From: Spirochaetota bacterium
GTDB lineage: Bacteria; Spirochaetota; GWE2-31-10
Length of the DNA stretch: 61,344 nt
Direction of reading: 5' to 3'
Assembly: GCA_045133795.1 (NCBI GenBank)
Contig: JBGUUT010000100.1
Location: 1-61,344, forward strand
Below the pieces are notes generated by a model, which was not told the DNA's origin, did no database searches, and was given only the letters and a program-made list of their open reading frames with translations. How positions within the stretch are numbered: position 1 is the stretch's first letter; every line of letters begins with the position of its first letter. Made by a program: the position numbers and the translations under genes. Shown in pieces: positions 1 to 10,604 of the stretch.

Positions 1-53
1 TAGTGGGTTGGTTCCGGTGTGAGAAGATACACACGAAGTGCATACTTTAACAT
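1..53 (-). CDS. 5' fragment of a CDS running off the window edge; possibly an HU-like DNA-binding/DUF4469 family protein
   Basis: Minus strand AAGGAG SD then ATG at 53; reads MLKYALRVYLLTPEPTH, which resembles from memory the MLKYSLRENLLT... N-terminus of this family. Only 17 codons visible and local sequence looks noisy. Confidence 0.35.
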   Translation of the reverse strand, partial: MLKYALRVYLLTPEPTH

Positions 54-363
54 TTTTTTTCTCCTTTTTTTTACTTTTGAATTTTAATCAATAAGTTTTT
101 AAAAAAAAAAAAAAAACTGTCAACTTTGTAGTAGAGATAAGGTGCATTTTTTCCCGAGGCGGGAGGGCTTTTATAAAACCATTTCGGGGGGGTAATCGGT
201 TTTGCCGGGCAAACTATTTGGGTTTGGGGGCATTTTGCCGGCATAGCCGGCACGGAACTAAACTTTGGTTCAAAGTTTAAGAAATTCTTTTTTGGGGTAA
301 AATTCAATTCGCCGACAAGTCGGCACAAATATTAATTATTGTTCAAAGAACAACGAAGTTTTA

Positions 364-453
364 AGGGGTATTTCTCTTTTTTTGTAATCAAAAAGAGAAA
401 TACCCCTTTGACCCCAAAGAGAAAAAACATACTCCTAACGGTAGTTCATTCTC
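364..453. repeat. Palindromic dispersed repeat (REP/MITE-like), part A
   Basis: Hairpin AGGGGTATTTCTCTTTTT...AAAAAGAGAAATACCCCT, then ACCCCAAAGAGAAAAAACATACTCCT..CGGTA.TTC.TTCTC, which recurs at 34729-34778. Confidence 0.75.
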
Positions 454-516
454 TCTTTGTTAAGAAGTCTCAATCTTACCTTGTAGAACAGTGTGTGCCA
501 TTAAGCTTTCGCTTGG

Positions 517-622
517 TATTTCCTACGGAAACATTTCGTTCGCATGTTCCATGCTCACCGTACTACATCGATGTTTACTAAAGTAAACATTTCGTTCGTA
601 CACTTCGTGTACTCACCGTACT
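517..622 (+). repeat. Two tandem units of the structured repeat [hairpin]-TTCGTTCG-[hairpin]-CTCACCG
   Basis: Units at ~517-564 and 571-622 share AAACATTTCGTTCG and CTCACCGTACT but have different self-complementary inserts. Confidence 0.8.
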
Positions 623-676
623 TGCCAAAATGGAATGTTTTATTTATAAGAAAGCATCTTATAAAAGGAAAGTTTT

Positions 677-1258
677 ATGTTTTTAATTACTTGTCTCGGA
701 AATCCGGGAAAAGAATATCAATTTAACCGTCACAACGCCGGTTTTTTATTTGCTGATTTTTTGGTACAGAAAAATAGCTTTGATGATTTTAAGAAAAAAA
801 ATAATTACTGTTTTTCTAAGGGCAATCTTTTCGGTGAAAGTGTGGTTATTTTGAAACCGCAAACCTTTATGAATTTAAGCGGACAGGCTGTTACATCAGC
901 TATGTCATTTTTTAAGATTCCTATAGATAAAACACTTGTCGTTTATGATGACATTTCTCTGCCGTTCGGTGCGATTCGTATTCGGCAACGTGGCAGTGCC
1001 GGCGGCCATAACGGATTGAAAAATATTGAGAAAGAATTAGGGACTTCAGATTATCAGCGAGTAAAAATTGGAGTAGGTGCTCCGGAAGTTCACGGTACCC
1101 TTGTTAATTTTGTGTTGGGGAACTTTTCTGAAGAGCAACTTAAAACTTTTAATGATGAAACTTTTGTGCAGATTGAAAAGTCTTTGGAATGGATTCTTCA
1201 CGGTAATACAGCACAGGCAATGAGTCTTTTTAATGGAAAAAATCAGTCAAAAGATTAA
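677..1258 (+). CDS. pth: Peptidyl-tRNA hydrolase
   Basis: LGNPG..Y..NRHNAGF, KPQTFMNLSG, GSAGGHNGLK motifs. Confidence 0.97.
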   Translation: MFLITCLGNPGKEYQFNRHNAGFLFADFLVQKNSFDDFKKKNNYCFSKGNLFGESVVILKPQTFMNLSGQAVTSAMSFFKIPIDKTLVVYDDISLPFGAIRIRQRGSAGGHNGLKNIEKELGTSDYQRVKIGVGAPEVHGTLVNFVLGNFSEEQLKTFNDETFVQIEKSLEWILHGNTAQAMSLFNGKNQSKD

Positions 1259-2507
1259 CAACTTTATTAATTCATTAGATTCGCAAAAGTTAAATAACGG
1301 TATTCTTGTTGCCTGTTCCGGCGGACGTGACAGCATGGTACTTCTTGATGTTTTAGTGAAAACGTTGCCCGGAATGCGTATCGGTGTGCTTTATGTCAAT
1401 CACAATTTGCGAGGCGACGATTCGGTTGCGGAAAAAAGCTTTGTAAAAAAGGTAATTACAGAGAAATACAAACTGCCGCTTTTTTTTCATAGTGTAGATG
1501 TTAAAGAATGGCAAAATTGCGGCAGTATAGAAAATAAAGCACGTGAGATTCGATATAATTTCTTTTACGATATTTTGGAACGTGAAAAATACGGCTTTAT
1601 AGCAACCGCACATCATATGAATGATAAAATAGAAACCTTTTTTCTTAATTTGTTGCGTGGCGGCGGCTTGCAATCTTTGTCATCTATTCCGTCGGTAAAT
1701 CATAATATTATAAGACCTTTGCTTTGTGTTACACGTTCGCAAATCAATGATTATGTAGAAAAAAATACTGTCGAATATGTTGAAGATAAAACTAACAGTC
1801 AACCGCTTTATAAACGAAACAGGATTCGCAATGAAGTTCTTCCGATATTGAAAACTTTATCCGGTAATTTGGAAAAATCATTTGAGGCAATTTTTGAAAA
1901 TCTTGACAATGATGTTCAATTTTTGGAAGAAGAAACGGAAAGAAGATTAAAAGATGTTTTATTTCATTGCACTTGTAATGTTTGGTGTCTTGATAAGCGG
2001 AAGCTTTCATTGCAACCTATGGCGATTCGTTCCAGAATAATAAAGAAAATTTGTTACTGTTTTAATATTCAACCCGGACGGCAATTAACGTCGTTTGTTA
2101 TGAATGCAAAAAATATTGATATAAAAAAACACGGTATGAATATTCAGTCGAAAGGTTCTTATTTATGGTTTTATCCGAATGAGATTGATTATAATGTCGA
2201 GTTTTGCGAGGAAACAGGGCGATATCAACAAGGTGATTTTGCATTTTCACAAAATGTCGGTCAATTGAAAATACGCAGCTTGAAAAATGCGGATGAATTG
2301 GAAACGGCAAACGGGAGAATGAAAATTGCAGATATATTAAAAAAACGCGGAGTTCCGGAATATTTGACCTTACACACAAGAGTTTTTGTTACGGAAAACG
2401 AAGTTATTGCCGGATATTTTTGTTTTGGTTTTTTCGGTGTTTCAACACAATTTTATGCAATGCAAAATGAGAATGCCAGAATTTTTAATTTGAGTCAGAT
2501 TAATTAA
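1233..2507 (+). CDS. tilS: tRNA(Ile)-lysidine synthetase
   Basis: PP-loop SGGRDS, ATAHHMND, RNRIR; follows pth. Confidence 0.95.
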   Translation: MEKISQKINNFINSLDSQKLNNGILVACSGGRDSMVLLDVLVKTLPGMRIGVLYVNHNLRGDDSVAEKSFVKKVITEKYKLPLFFHSVDVKEWQNCGSIENKAREIRYNFFYDILEREKYGFIATAHHMNDKIETFFLNLLRGGGLQSLSSIPSVNHNIIRPLLCVTRSQINDYVEKNTVEYVEDKTNSQPLYKRNRIRNEVLPILKTLSGNLEKSFEAIFENLDNDVQFLEEETERRLKDVLFHCTCNVWCLDKRKLSLQPMAIRSRIIKKICYCFNIQPGRQLTSFVMNAKNIDIKKHGMNIQSKGSYLWFYPNEIDYNVEFCEETGRYQQGDFAFSQNVGQLKIRSLKNADELETANGRMKIADILKKRGVPEYLTLHTRVFVTENEVIAGYFCFGFFGVSTQFYAMQNENARIFNLSQIN

Positions 2508-2521
2508 TCGGAGGTTTTTAT

Positions 2522-3838
2522 ATGGCACAAAAGCCGATTTTTATGTCACCGCTTTCAGAACTTGTACGTCCGATTACAATGAAAGAATATATCGGTCAGC
2601 ACAGTGTGGCAGGTGAAAATTCTTTGCTGTTAAAAATGATTGAAAATGATGATTTATCATCTTTTATTTTGTGGGGACCTCCGGGCTGCGGAAAAACAAC
2701 GCTTGCCAATATTATTGCGAAGCAGACTCAGGGCGTTTTTATTGCTATGAGTGCCGTAACATCGGGAATAAAAGAAGTTAAAGATATTATGAAAGAAGCA
2801 GAAGAGAAGTTTAACTTTTTTCATCAGAAAACAATTTTATTTATTGATGAGATTCATCGTTTTAATAAAGCCCAACAAGATGCGTTTTTGTCATACGTTG
2901 AAAACGGTTCTATTATTCTTATCGGGGCAACGACGGAAAATCCGTCATTTTCGGTAATTTCTCCGTTGTTATCCAGAATGCGAGTTTTTATTCTTAAACC
3001 GTTGGGACATGAAGAGCTTATTAAAATCTTGCAACGCGGACTTGAAAAATCAGCTGAAGCCGTTGGGCAAGATTTGGAATTTCCGCAACAATTGTTGGAT
3101 GATATTGCGAATATTGCCGGCGGTGATGCAAGGCGTGCGTTGGGAATTATGGAAATGGCTGTAAAATTGTCATACGAAGCCGGCAGCGGAAAGAAAGTTG
3201 TTATTACGAAAGAAATTATACAAAAAGTCTTGCAAGGGCGACTTCCGAGTTATGATAAAAACGGAGATTATCATTATGATTATTTGTCGGCACTTCATAA
3301 ATCTATGCGAAATTCAGATGCCGATGCCGCATTGTATTATGCCGTAAAAATATTAAAAAGCGGCGATGACCCGATGTCAGTAATGCGACGTGTGATTCAA
3401 TGCAGCAGTGAAGATATAGGATTGGCGGATCCTCAAGCTTTGCAAATTGCTATAGCAGCAAAAGAAGCTTTACAATCTTTGGGAATGCCGGAAGCTACAT
3501 TGTCTATAATGCAAGCTGTTGTCTATAATGCTTTGGCTCCTAAGTCTAACTCTCTTTATACTGCATTAAATGCTATTACTCGTGATATAGAGGCGTTTCC
3601 TGATTTACCGGTGCCGCTTCATATTCGTAATGCTCCGACAAAGTTGATGGAAGAGGCTGGGTACGGAAAAGGCTATAAATATGCTCATGATTATGAAATG
3701 CCGATTACCGGAATGCAATGTTTACCGGATGAATTGAAAAATCGGCTTTATTATAAGCCTAAAAATTTTGGTTTTGAACAAACAATGGCGAAGCGACTTG
3801 AGAAAATTCGCCAGATAAAAGATTCAATGAATGAGTGA
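2522..3838 (+). CDS. rarA: Replication-associated recombination protein A (MgsA/RarA AAA+ ATPase)
   Basis: GPPGCGKTT, FIDEIHRFNKAQQD, GATTENPSF, PLHIRNAPT, GYKYAHD. Confidence 0.96.
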   Translation: MAQKPIFMSPLSELVRPITMKEYIGQHSVAGENSLLLKMIENDDLSSFILWGPPGCGKTTLANIIAKQTQGVFIAMSAVTSGIKEVKDIMKEAEEKFNFFHQKTILFIDEIHRFNKAQQDAFLSYVENGSIILIGATTENPSFSVISPLLSRMRVFILKPLGHEELIKILQRGLEKSAEAVGQDLEFPQQLLDDIANIAGGDARRALGIMEMAVKLSYEAGSGKKVVITKEIIQKVLQGRLPSYDKNGDYHYDYLSALHKSMRNSDADAALYYAVKILKSGDDPMSVMRRVIQCSSEDIGLADPQALQIAIAAKEALQSLGMPEATLSIMQAVVYNALAPKSNSLYTALNAITRDIEAFPDLPVPLHIRNAPTKLMEEAGYGKGYKYAHDYEMPITGMQCLPDELKNRLYYKPKNFGFEQTMAKRLEKIRQIKDSMNE

Positions 3839-3990
3839 ATGTGATTTTTTTTTGCAAATAATAAAGGATTATTATCAATTTTGAAAATAATTCAGATAGG
3901 TAATTTTTCTTGTTACATTGACAATAAACAGTATTTGTTATATGAAACACTGTTTTTAATTATTAGATATAGATTATTTAGGAAAAAGTT

Positions 3991-4941
3991 TTGAGTTATG
4001 GATATCAGCCTTATGTAGGCAGAAAGAACGCAAGAAAACATTATATACATATATTTTTTAATGCTCTGCTGGTAGTAGCTTTTTTATCCGCAATTATTTG
4101 GGGTGTTGTTTATTGTGTGCGATATGTTCGACATGACAGAGAAGAAAAGCTCGCAATAAAAGAATCTTACAGTGAACTTTATGCCAATAAAAATTATCTT
4201 GAATTGATTGAAAAAATGGACGGGGAGTTACGTAATAATCCGTTACAGCCGGAGTTTTTGGTATACAGAGGTTTTTCCTATTATTTGTTAGGTGAAGCGG
4301 AGCATGACAGCAGTAAACGCAGTGTTTATTTTTCACTTGCTTTGACAGATTTGCGAAAGGTTTCTGTGGTTTATTCGGCAAATGATTTACTCGGAAATGT
4401 TTATTTCTGTATCGGTAAGATTTATTATTATTACGGAAAAGGATATTATAATCAGAGTATTGAATATCTTAATCGTGCCATAAAATGCGGAAATGAACGT
4501 ATAGATTTGCTTTATGTTTTGGGGTTGGTGTATTCTTACATCGGAGAATATGATAAGGCTAATCAAATTTTGTTACGCTCGCAGGATTTGGAAAAAAACG
4601 ATTTGGTTCTGCTTTCTATGGGAATAAATTGTTATCGCATGGGAAGTATGGATGAGGCGATGAAGTATTTGCAAGAAACTGCAGATGTTTCGGCTGAAAT
4701 TAAAAATAAAGAAAAGGCCTTGTTTACTTTGGGAATGATTTCTTTTGAATTAGGAAAGTATGAAAAGGCCTTGCAATATTTTGATAAAACAATTGAGTTA
4801 AATGAAAATAATGCGGAAGCATATTTTCAACGTGGAGAGATTTACTATCTTTATTATCACGACAATATTAAAGCCAGAGCTCAATGGCGTAAGACAATAG
4901 AGATAGATCCGGGACATTTGAAAGCCGGAAAACGATTGTGA
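3991..4941 (+). CDS. Membrane-anchored tetratricopeptide repeat protein
   Basis: N-terminal TM segment, several TPR-like repeats, directly upstream of mreB; TTG start. Confidence 0.85.
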   Translation: MSYGYQPYVGRKNARKHYIHIFFNALLVVAFLSAIIWGVVYCVRYVRHDREEKLAIKESYSELYANKNYLELIEKMDGELRNNPLQPEFLVYRGFSYYLLGEAEHDSSKRSVYFSLALTDLRKVSVVYSANDLLGNVYFCIGKIYYYYGKGYYNQSIEYLNRAIKCGNERIDLLYVLGLVYSYIGEYDKANQILLRSQDLEKNDLVLLSMGINCYRMGSMDEAMKYLQETADVSAEIKNKEKALFTLGMISFELGKYEKALQYFDKTIELNENNAEAYFQRGEIYYLYYHDNIKARAQWRKTIEIDPGHLKAGKRL

Positions 4942-5012
4942 ATTTAACAAATAGTTGTTTATGACGTTTGTTATCTATAGATATTTTTATAGAGTTAGAA
5001 AGGGGTGGGATT

Positions 5013-6014
5013 ATGGGAAAACTATCTGATTTATTTTCTTTGGATTTGGGAATTGATTTAGGAACAGCAAATACTTTGGTTCATGTAAAAGGACGCGGTA
5101 TTGTACTTTCAGAGCCGTCAGTTGTTGCGGTAGAACGCGGAACAAAAAAAGTAATTGCATGTGGTTTGGAAGCTAAGAAAATGTTGGGTAGAACACATCG
5201 TGAAATTATAGCTATCAGACCTTTACGTGACGGTGTAATTGCAGATTTTGAAACAACAGAAAAGATGATTAAATATTTTATAGAAAAAGTTTCGCCTAAA
5301 AATATTTTAAAAACAAAACCTAGAATTGCAATCGGTATTCCTTCATGTATTACGGAAGTAGAAAGACGTGCGGTAAAAGAAGCGGCAGAACAAGCCGGTG
5401 CACGTGAAATTTTCCTTATTGAAGAATCAATGGCTGCGGCAATCGGTGCTAATATTGCAATTGATGAACCTGCCGGAAATATGATTTGTGATATCGGTGG
5501 TGGTACTTCTGAGATTTCAGTTATTTCGTTGGGCGGTATGGTTATTTCAAATGCTATACGTGTAGGTGGAGATGAGTTTGATGAATCAATTTTGAAATAT
5601 GTAAAATTGGTTCACAACTTGATGATTGGTGAATCAACAGCAGAAGATATCAAGATTAAAATCGGAAATGTTTATGCTGAAGGTGAAACAAAGAAAATTG
5701 AAATCCGCGGTCGAGATGCTATCAGTGGATTGCCGAAAACTCAAGAAATTGATTCAAATGAAGTTCGTGAAGCATTACAAGAACCTGTAAGTCAGATAAT
5801 TGAAGAAGTAAAGAAAACTTTGGAACAGACTCCGCCGGAATTGGCTTCTGATATTGTAGAACGCGGAATTGTTCTTACCGGTGGCGGTGCATTATTGAAA
5901 GGATTATCAAAATTAGTTGCACAGCAAACAGGTGTTCCGGTAATTATTGCAGAAAATCCGCTTCTTTGTGTTGCGTTAGGTGCAGGAAAATTTATCGAAA
6001 AAAGACAAAAATAA
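5013..6014 (+). CDS. mreB: Rod shape-determining protein MreB
   Basis: [23 protein letters not shown]; start moved to ATG 5013 after a purine-rich SD. Confidence 0.98.
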   Translation: MGKLSDLFSLDLGIDLGTANTLVHVKGRGIVLSEPSVVAVERGTKKVIACGLEAKKMLGRTHREIIAIRPLRDGVIADFETTEKMIKYFIEKVSPKNILKTKPRIAIGIPSCITEVERRAVKEAAEQAGAREIFLIEESMAAAIGANIAIDEPAGNMICDIGGGTSEISVISLGGMVISNAIRVGGDEFDESILKYVKLVHNLMIGESTAEDIKIKIGNVYAEGETKKIEIRGRDAISGLPKTQEIDSNEVREALQEPVSQIIEEVKKTLEQTPPELASDIVERGIVLTGGGALLKGLSKLVAQQTGVPVIIAENPLLCVALGAGKFIEKRQK

Positions 6015-6017
6015 ACT

Positions 6018-6893
6018 ATGTTAGATTTTATTTTTAATCATAAACGCGGACTAACAACTTTTGTCCTGTTGATTGTTTCTGTTATGTTAATAGGATTGAC
6101 AGAGACTAAAGTTGGTGTTTCTGCAGGTAAAATAGGTTTTTCTTTAATTTATCCGTTTCAATATATTTTTAATTCGACCGGAAAAGGTGTAAATGGAGTT
6201 GTAAATGCTGTTGCAGAAAGAAATAAACTGGAACAGCAATTAAACTTGGCGATGATAGAATTGGAACAATATCGAAAGATGTTAATTGACTTTAATGTAA
6301 TTATTAAAGAAAATTTAGATTTAAAAAAGACTTTAGAGTTACGTGACAGTTTCAATTATAAATCACTTACGGCACAGATTATAGGACGTGATCCGGCGAA
6401 TATGTTTGATTATCTTGTTATAGATAAAGGTTCTAAGCACGGAATTAAAGAAAATATGGCTGTAATCAGTTATAAAAACGGACGGAAAGCTTTAGTCGGA
6501 AAAATCTTTGCGGTAACTCCGTTTGCTTCAAAAGTCATGACGTTGAAAAATCCCGACTTACAAGTCGGAGTTGTAATCGATTACAACGGAACACATTGTG
6601 TAATACAAGGTCAACGTTCTCCTAATCAAGATGTTCGATTATTATATGTACCGAAAGAGTTTACTCTCAGTGATGGTGTCAGTCCGTTAGTTTATACTTC
6701 CGGAGATTCTTTTTTTTACAGTAAGGGAATTGAAATAGGAACTATAAGTGAAATAGTTTCATCTAAACGTTTTGAGATTTATAATGAAGCTAAAGTTACG
6801 ATGTCTGAAGATTACAGTAAATTAGAATATGTTTTAGTTTTAATGCTGGATGCAGATAAAGATAATTTTAAAAGCATGGAGAATCCGTTTTGA
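6018..6893 (+). CDS. mreC: Rod shape-determining protein MreC
   Basis: TM + coiled coil, IDKGSKHGIKENMAV, YTSG motif; operon position. Confidence 0.93.
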   Translation: MLDFIFNHKRGLTTFVLLIVSVMLIGLTETKVGVSAGKIGFSLIYPFQYIFNSTGKGVNGVVNAVAERNKLEQQLNLAMIELEQYRKMLIDFNVIIKENLDLKKTLELRDSFNYKSLTAQIIGRDPANMFDYLVIDKGSKHGIKENMAVISYKNGRKALVGKIFAVTPFASKVMTLKNPDLQVGVVIDYNGTHCVIQGQRSPNQDVRLLYVPKEFTLSDGVSPLVYTSGDSFFYSKGIEIGTISEIVSSKRFEIYNEAKVTMSEDYSKLEYVLVLMLDADKDNFKSMENPF

Positions 6894-7405
6894 TAAAAAA
6901 GTTTTTTGTTGATTTATTTTTGATTCTTGCAGTAGTAATACTTTTATATGTCAGATATATAAATATAACACTTTACGGTGTTCGTCCTGATATATTGCTT
7001 GTTTTTATTACTTTAATAGCTTTATTTGAAGGTGATAGCTTACATTCTATATTTTTAGGTTTTTTCGGCGGATTAGTTATGGATTTTATGTCCGGTTCAA
7101 CTCCGTTAGGATTTAATGCGGGAATCTACCTTTTAATAGGTTATGTTGCTACGGCACCGCATCGTCTTTTTAATGCAGAGTCAATTTTAGCTTCTATCTT
7201 ATCATTGACTGGAGCTTTTGCTATTTATGTAGTTTTATACCTAGGATTTGGATATTTGTTTTTATCGCCGGAAGAAATGCAGGGATATTTTAATATGTCT
7301 GTTGTTTACAAATATATTTATACATTGGCGATATCATTAATATTATTTCCGTTTTTCCGTTCTGTATATCAATTTATTAGTAGTGTGAAGAAACATGATG
7401 CATAA
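6890..7405 (+). CDS. mreD: Rod shape-determining protein MreD
   Basis: Hydrophobic protein with RPDILL and GFFGGLVMD; between mreC and mrdA. Confidence 0.9.
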   Translation: MIKKFFVDLFLILAVVILLYVRYINITLYGVRPDILLVFITLIALFEGDSLHSIFLGFFGGLVMDFMSGSTPLGFNAGIYLLIGYVATAPHRLFNAESILASILSLTGAFAIYVVLYLGFGYLFLSPEEMQGYFNMSVVYKYIYTLAISLILFPFFRSVYQFISSVKKHDA

Positions 7406-9263
7406 CTCTTCTGATAATAATTTAGAAAAAGATTTAAGTTTACGTGTACTTATAATAGGTGTTATAGCTTTCACAGTGTTAATGACACTTATGTTTCGAG
7501 TAACTTATATTCAGGTTTTTAAAAATCGTAATTACAGTGAACGTTCAAAAAGAACTCGTGAATCTATAACTCGCTTCCCGCCCATTCGCGGTCGTATTTT
7601 TTCTTCTGACGGAAAAGTATTAGCAAATAATGTAAAATCCTATGACCTTGTTATTGATCCGAGATTATTAAGCAAAGACAATTTGTTGCGACAACAAGAG
7701 CTTCTGTATGTAAGTAAAGTTGTCGGTATTGATTATCCCGATTTGGAACAAATGTTGCAAAAAGTATCTAAAAAACGAGAGAAATTGGTTTTAGCTGAAA
7801 ATATTCCTTTTAATGACTTTGTAAAAATCAGTGAAAATTTAGATAAGCTTCCCGGTATAGAAATGCCGGAATCATTGATTAGAAATTATCCCGAAAAAAA
7901 ACGATTGAGCCATGCGATAGGATATATCGGGCATATTGATTATGATGAATTTTCTAAGTTAAAAGAAAAAGGTTATAAATCACAGGACTGGGTCGGAAAA
8001 ACCGGAATAGAACTTAGTTATGAAGATGTTTTGCGTGGTGAAGAAGGTTTCATTGCTTATGAAATAGATGCAAAAATGAATGTTAATAAAGAAAATATTG
8101 CCAGAAGTAAACCTTCGACACCCGGTGATGACTTGATTCTTACTATTGATATGGAATTTCAAAAGAATGTAGAAGATATTTTGGCGGATCGAAAAGGTGG
8201 AGTTGTAGTTTTGCGACCTACGACCGGTGAGATTCTTGCAATGGCAAGTTTTCCGAATTTTGACCCTAATATTTATATCTTGCAGACTGAAGAGAATAGT
8301 AATAAGAAAAGAGAATTGGCTCTTGATACTCAGGGAACTCCACTTATAAACAGGACTCTTCAATCTGAATATCCTCCGGGGTCTACTTTCAAAATGATTC
8401 CGGCTTCGATTGTTTTGGAAGAGGATACAGTTCCTATTTCAAAAACTTTTTATTGTAACAGAGCTTTTCGTTTAGGTAATGAAAGATTTGGGTGTTGGAA
8501 TTTTCATGCATGGCAAGATTTGAATGAAGCTCTTACTAATTCTTGCGATATTTATTTTTATAATACAAGTATAATGTTCGGTATTGAAAAGCTTACCAGA
8601 TATTCAATGTCTTTTGGATTGGGACGCAGTACGGGAATTGATATACCTTTTGAGAAAAATGGTTTTATTCCGTCGATAGAGGCGGCAGCAAAACAGGGGG
8701 TAAATTGGTACGGTGGTTTGACATTAATCAGTAGCATCGGACAAGGGGAAGTAAAAACAACTTTAGTTCAGTTGGCAGATTACATAAGTGTTATTGCAAA
8801 TCAAGGAAAATCTTATCGTCCTCATATAGTAAAGGAAATTGTAGATGGCCAATCCGGAGAAGTAAAACAAAGGATAGTTCCGGAATTATTAACTCAAGTT
8901 CCGTATTCAAAAAGTACTTTTCAATTTTTGACGCATTCAATGCGTGAAGTAGTAAAAACAGGGACAGCGGCTAAAGCTTTTGCCAGATTGCCTCTTGAGT
9001 TTGCGGGGAAAACAGGAACGGCAGAAGTTGGATTTGGTGCAAAGAAACAGACGCATTCTTTGTTTACCGGTTTCGGACCTCTTAATTTTCCGGCAAAAGA
9101 GCAAATCGTCGTAGTTGTTCTTATTGAATACGAAAACGGTCATCCGCTTAAATATGCTGGAAATGTCGCTGCGATGGTTGTAAATTCTTGGTTTTATAAA
9201 GAAGATTTCCATACTACAGCTAAGAAACTTTGGTATCCGATACGTGATTCTTATAATGATTAG
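7395..9263 (+). CDS. mrdA: Penicillin-binding protein 2
   Basis: RGRIF, PGSTFK (SxxK), SCD (SxN-type), KTGTAE. Confidence 0.95.
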   Translation: MMHNSSDNNLEKDLSLRVLIIGVIAFTVLMTLMFRVTYIQVFKNRNYSERSKRTRESITRFPPIRGRIFSSDGKVLANNVKSYDLVIDPRLLSKDNLLRQQELLYVSKVVGIDYPDLEQMLQKVSKKREKLVLAENIPFNDFVKISENLDKLPGIEMPESLIRNYPEKKRLSHAIGYIGHIDYDEFSKLKEKGYKSQDWVGKTGIELSYEDVLRGEEGFIAYEIDAKMNVNKENIARSKPSTPGDDLILTIDMEFQKNVEDILADRKGGVVVLRPTTGEILAMASFPNFDPNIYILQTEENSNKKRELALDTQGTPLINRTLQSEYPPGSTFKMIPASIVLEEDTVPISKTFYCNRAFRLGNERFGCWNFHAWQDLNEALTNSCDIYFYNTSIMFGIEKLTRYSMSFGLGRSTGIDIPFEKNGFIPSIEAAAKQGVNWYGGLTLISSIGQGEVKTTLVQLADYISVIANQGKSYRPHIVKEIVDGQSGEVKQRIVPELLTQVPYSKSTFQFLTHSMREVVKTGTAAKAFARLPLEFAGKTGTAEVGFGAKKQTHSLFTGFGPLNFPAKEQIVVVVLIEYENGHPLKYAGNVAAMVVNSWFYKEDFHTTAKKLWYPIRDSYND

Positions 9264-9275
9264 AGGAGGCAGATT

Positions 9276-10604
9276 TTGGATTGGAAAAAACTGATTCGTA
9301 ATTTTGATTATTTTATGTTTTTTACTGTAATCGGATTAACAGTGTTCGGGATTATGTTTATATATTCTGCTAATTTGAATAAACAACTTTATTTACGTAC
9401 GGAATATTTGAAACAAATTCTGTTTGCAATAATATGTATTGTTATGTTTTTTACCGTATTATTTTTAAAACCCAGCCAAATCTCGTCATTTACGTTTTAT
9501 TTTTATATCGCATGTTTGATAGGATTAATGCTTACGCTTTTTTTTCCAAGTGTAAAGGGACAAAGACGTTTTACCGTAATGGGGATTTCAATTCAGTTTA
9601 GTGAATTTTTAAAAATAGCTACGGTGTTGTTTTTATCGAAATTTTATACGGCACATCAAAATGAAATTCAAAGTTTGAAGGTTTTTTGTAAGGCCGGTTT
9701 GATAGCATTAATTGCTGTAGGTGCGGTTATTATTCAGCCGGATTTAGGTTCGGCTTTAGTGTTTATTCCGATTTTCTTTGGAATATCTTTTGTCGCCGGT
9801 GTCCGAAAACGTTATTTATTGTATACGTTCGGATTATTTGTTGCGGTATCTTTTGTGCCTTTGGTAACGACATTAAACAGCTTGTTTTTTAATAATGAAA
9901 GTGAAATTGTTTATTTGATAATGAATTATAAATATATCTTTATAATTGCGTTATTCTTTATTCTTACAATTACACTTTGTATTTTGGCTTATTTCGATAT
10001 TATTAAAGGAATTGCAGCTAATTTTAAACCTATATTTTATTGGTATGTATTTTTTGCTTCCTTTATATTTGTAGGACTTATGTTTTCTTATCCTGCGAAT
10101 AAGTTTTTGAAACAATATCAAAAAGACAGACTTTTAATATTTTTCAATCCTTATGCAGATCCGTTGAATACAGGTTACAATATTATTCAATCTATGACAG
10201 CTATCGGTAACGGCGGTATAAGCGGAAAAGGATGGCGACAAGGGGAAATGATTCAGAATAAGTTTTTGCCGGAACAAGCTACAGATTTTATTTTTCCGGT
10301 AATTGCAGAAGAAGCCGGTTATATGGGTAGTTTGTTGTTGTTGTTTTTATACGGGCTTTATTTTTTCAGAGGAATTTCAATTGCGTATAAAGCTAAAGAT
10401 TCATGGTCGATTTATGTGTGTATTGGTTTACTGAGTATGATATTGTTTCATATTCTTGAAAATATGGGAATGACAATGGGGATAATGCCGATTACGGGAA
10501 TTCCATTACCGTTTATTTCGTATGGTGGTTCTTTTCTGATTGCGTGTTATCTTTCTACGGGTTTGATGATGAATATAAAATTAAATAGAATTTCAGCCTA
10601 TTAG
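9276..10604 (+). CDS. rodA: SEDS glycosyltransferase RodA
   Basis: QPDLGS, LPEQATDFIF, GIPLPFISYGGS; follows mrdA. Confidence 0.95.
   Translation: MDWKKLIRNFDYFMFFTVIGLTVFGIMFIYSANLNKQLYLRTEYLKQILFAIICIVMFFTVLFLKPSQISSFTFYFYIACLIGLMLTLFFPSVKGQRRFTVMGISIQFSEFLKIATVLFLSKFYTAHQNEIQSLKVFCKAGLIALIAVGAVIIQPDLGSALVFIPIFFGISFVAGVRKRYLLYTFGLFVAVSFVPLVTTLNSLFFNNESEIVYLIMNYKYIFIIALFFILTITLCILAYFDIIKGIAANFKPIFYWYVFFASFIFVGLMFSYPANKFLKQYQKDRLLIFFNPYADPLNTGYNIIQSMTAIGNGGISGKGWRQGEMIQNKFLPEQATDFIFPVIAEEAGYMGSLLLLFLYGLYFFRGISIAYKAKDSWSIYVCIGLLSMILFHILENMGMTMGIMPITGIPLPFISYGGSFLIACYLSTGLMMNIKLNRISAY

Noticed and set aside
71-330. 85-aa minus-strand ORF and GC/homopolymer-rich stretch
   Set aside because: Long A, G and T runs and atypical composition suggest low-quality sequence near a contig end; no recognisable protein.
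517-622. Possible mini-CRISPR array
   Set aside because: Only two adjacent units, the variable parts are short self-complementary hairpins and not spacers, and there are no cas genes in the window.
339-726. Short ORFs 339-581 and 544-726
   Set aside because: They run through palindromic repeats, lack an SD and have no recognisable motifs.
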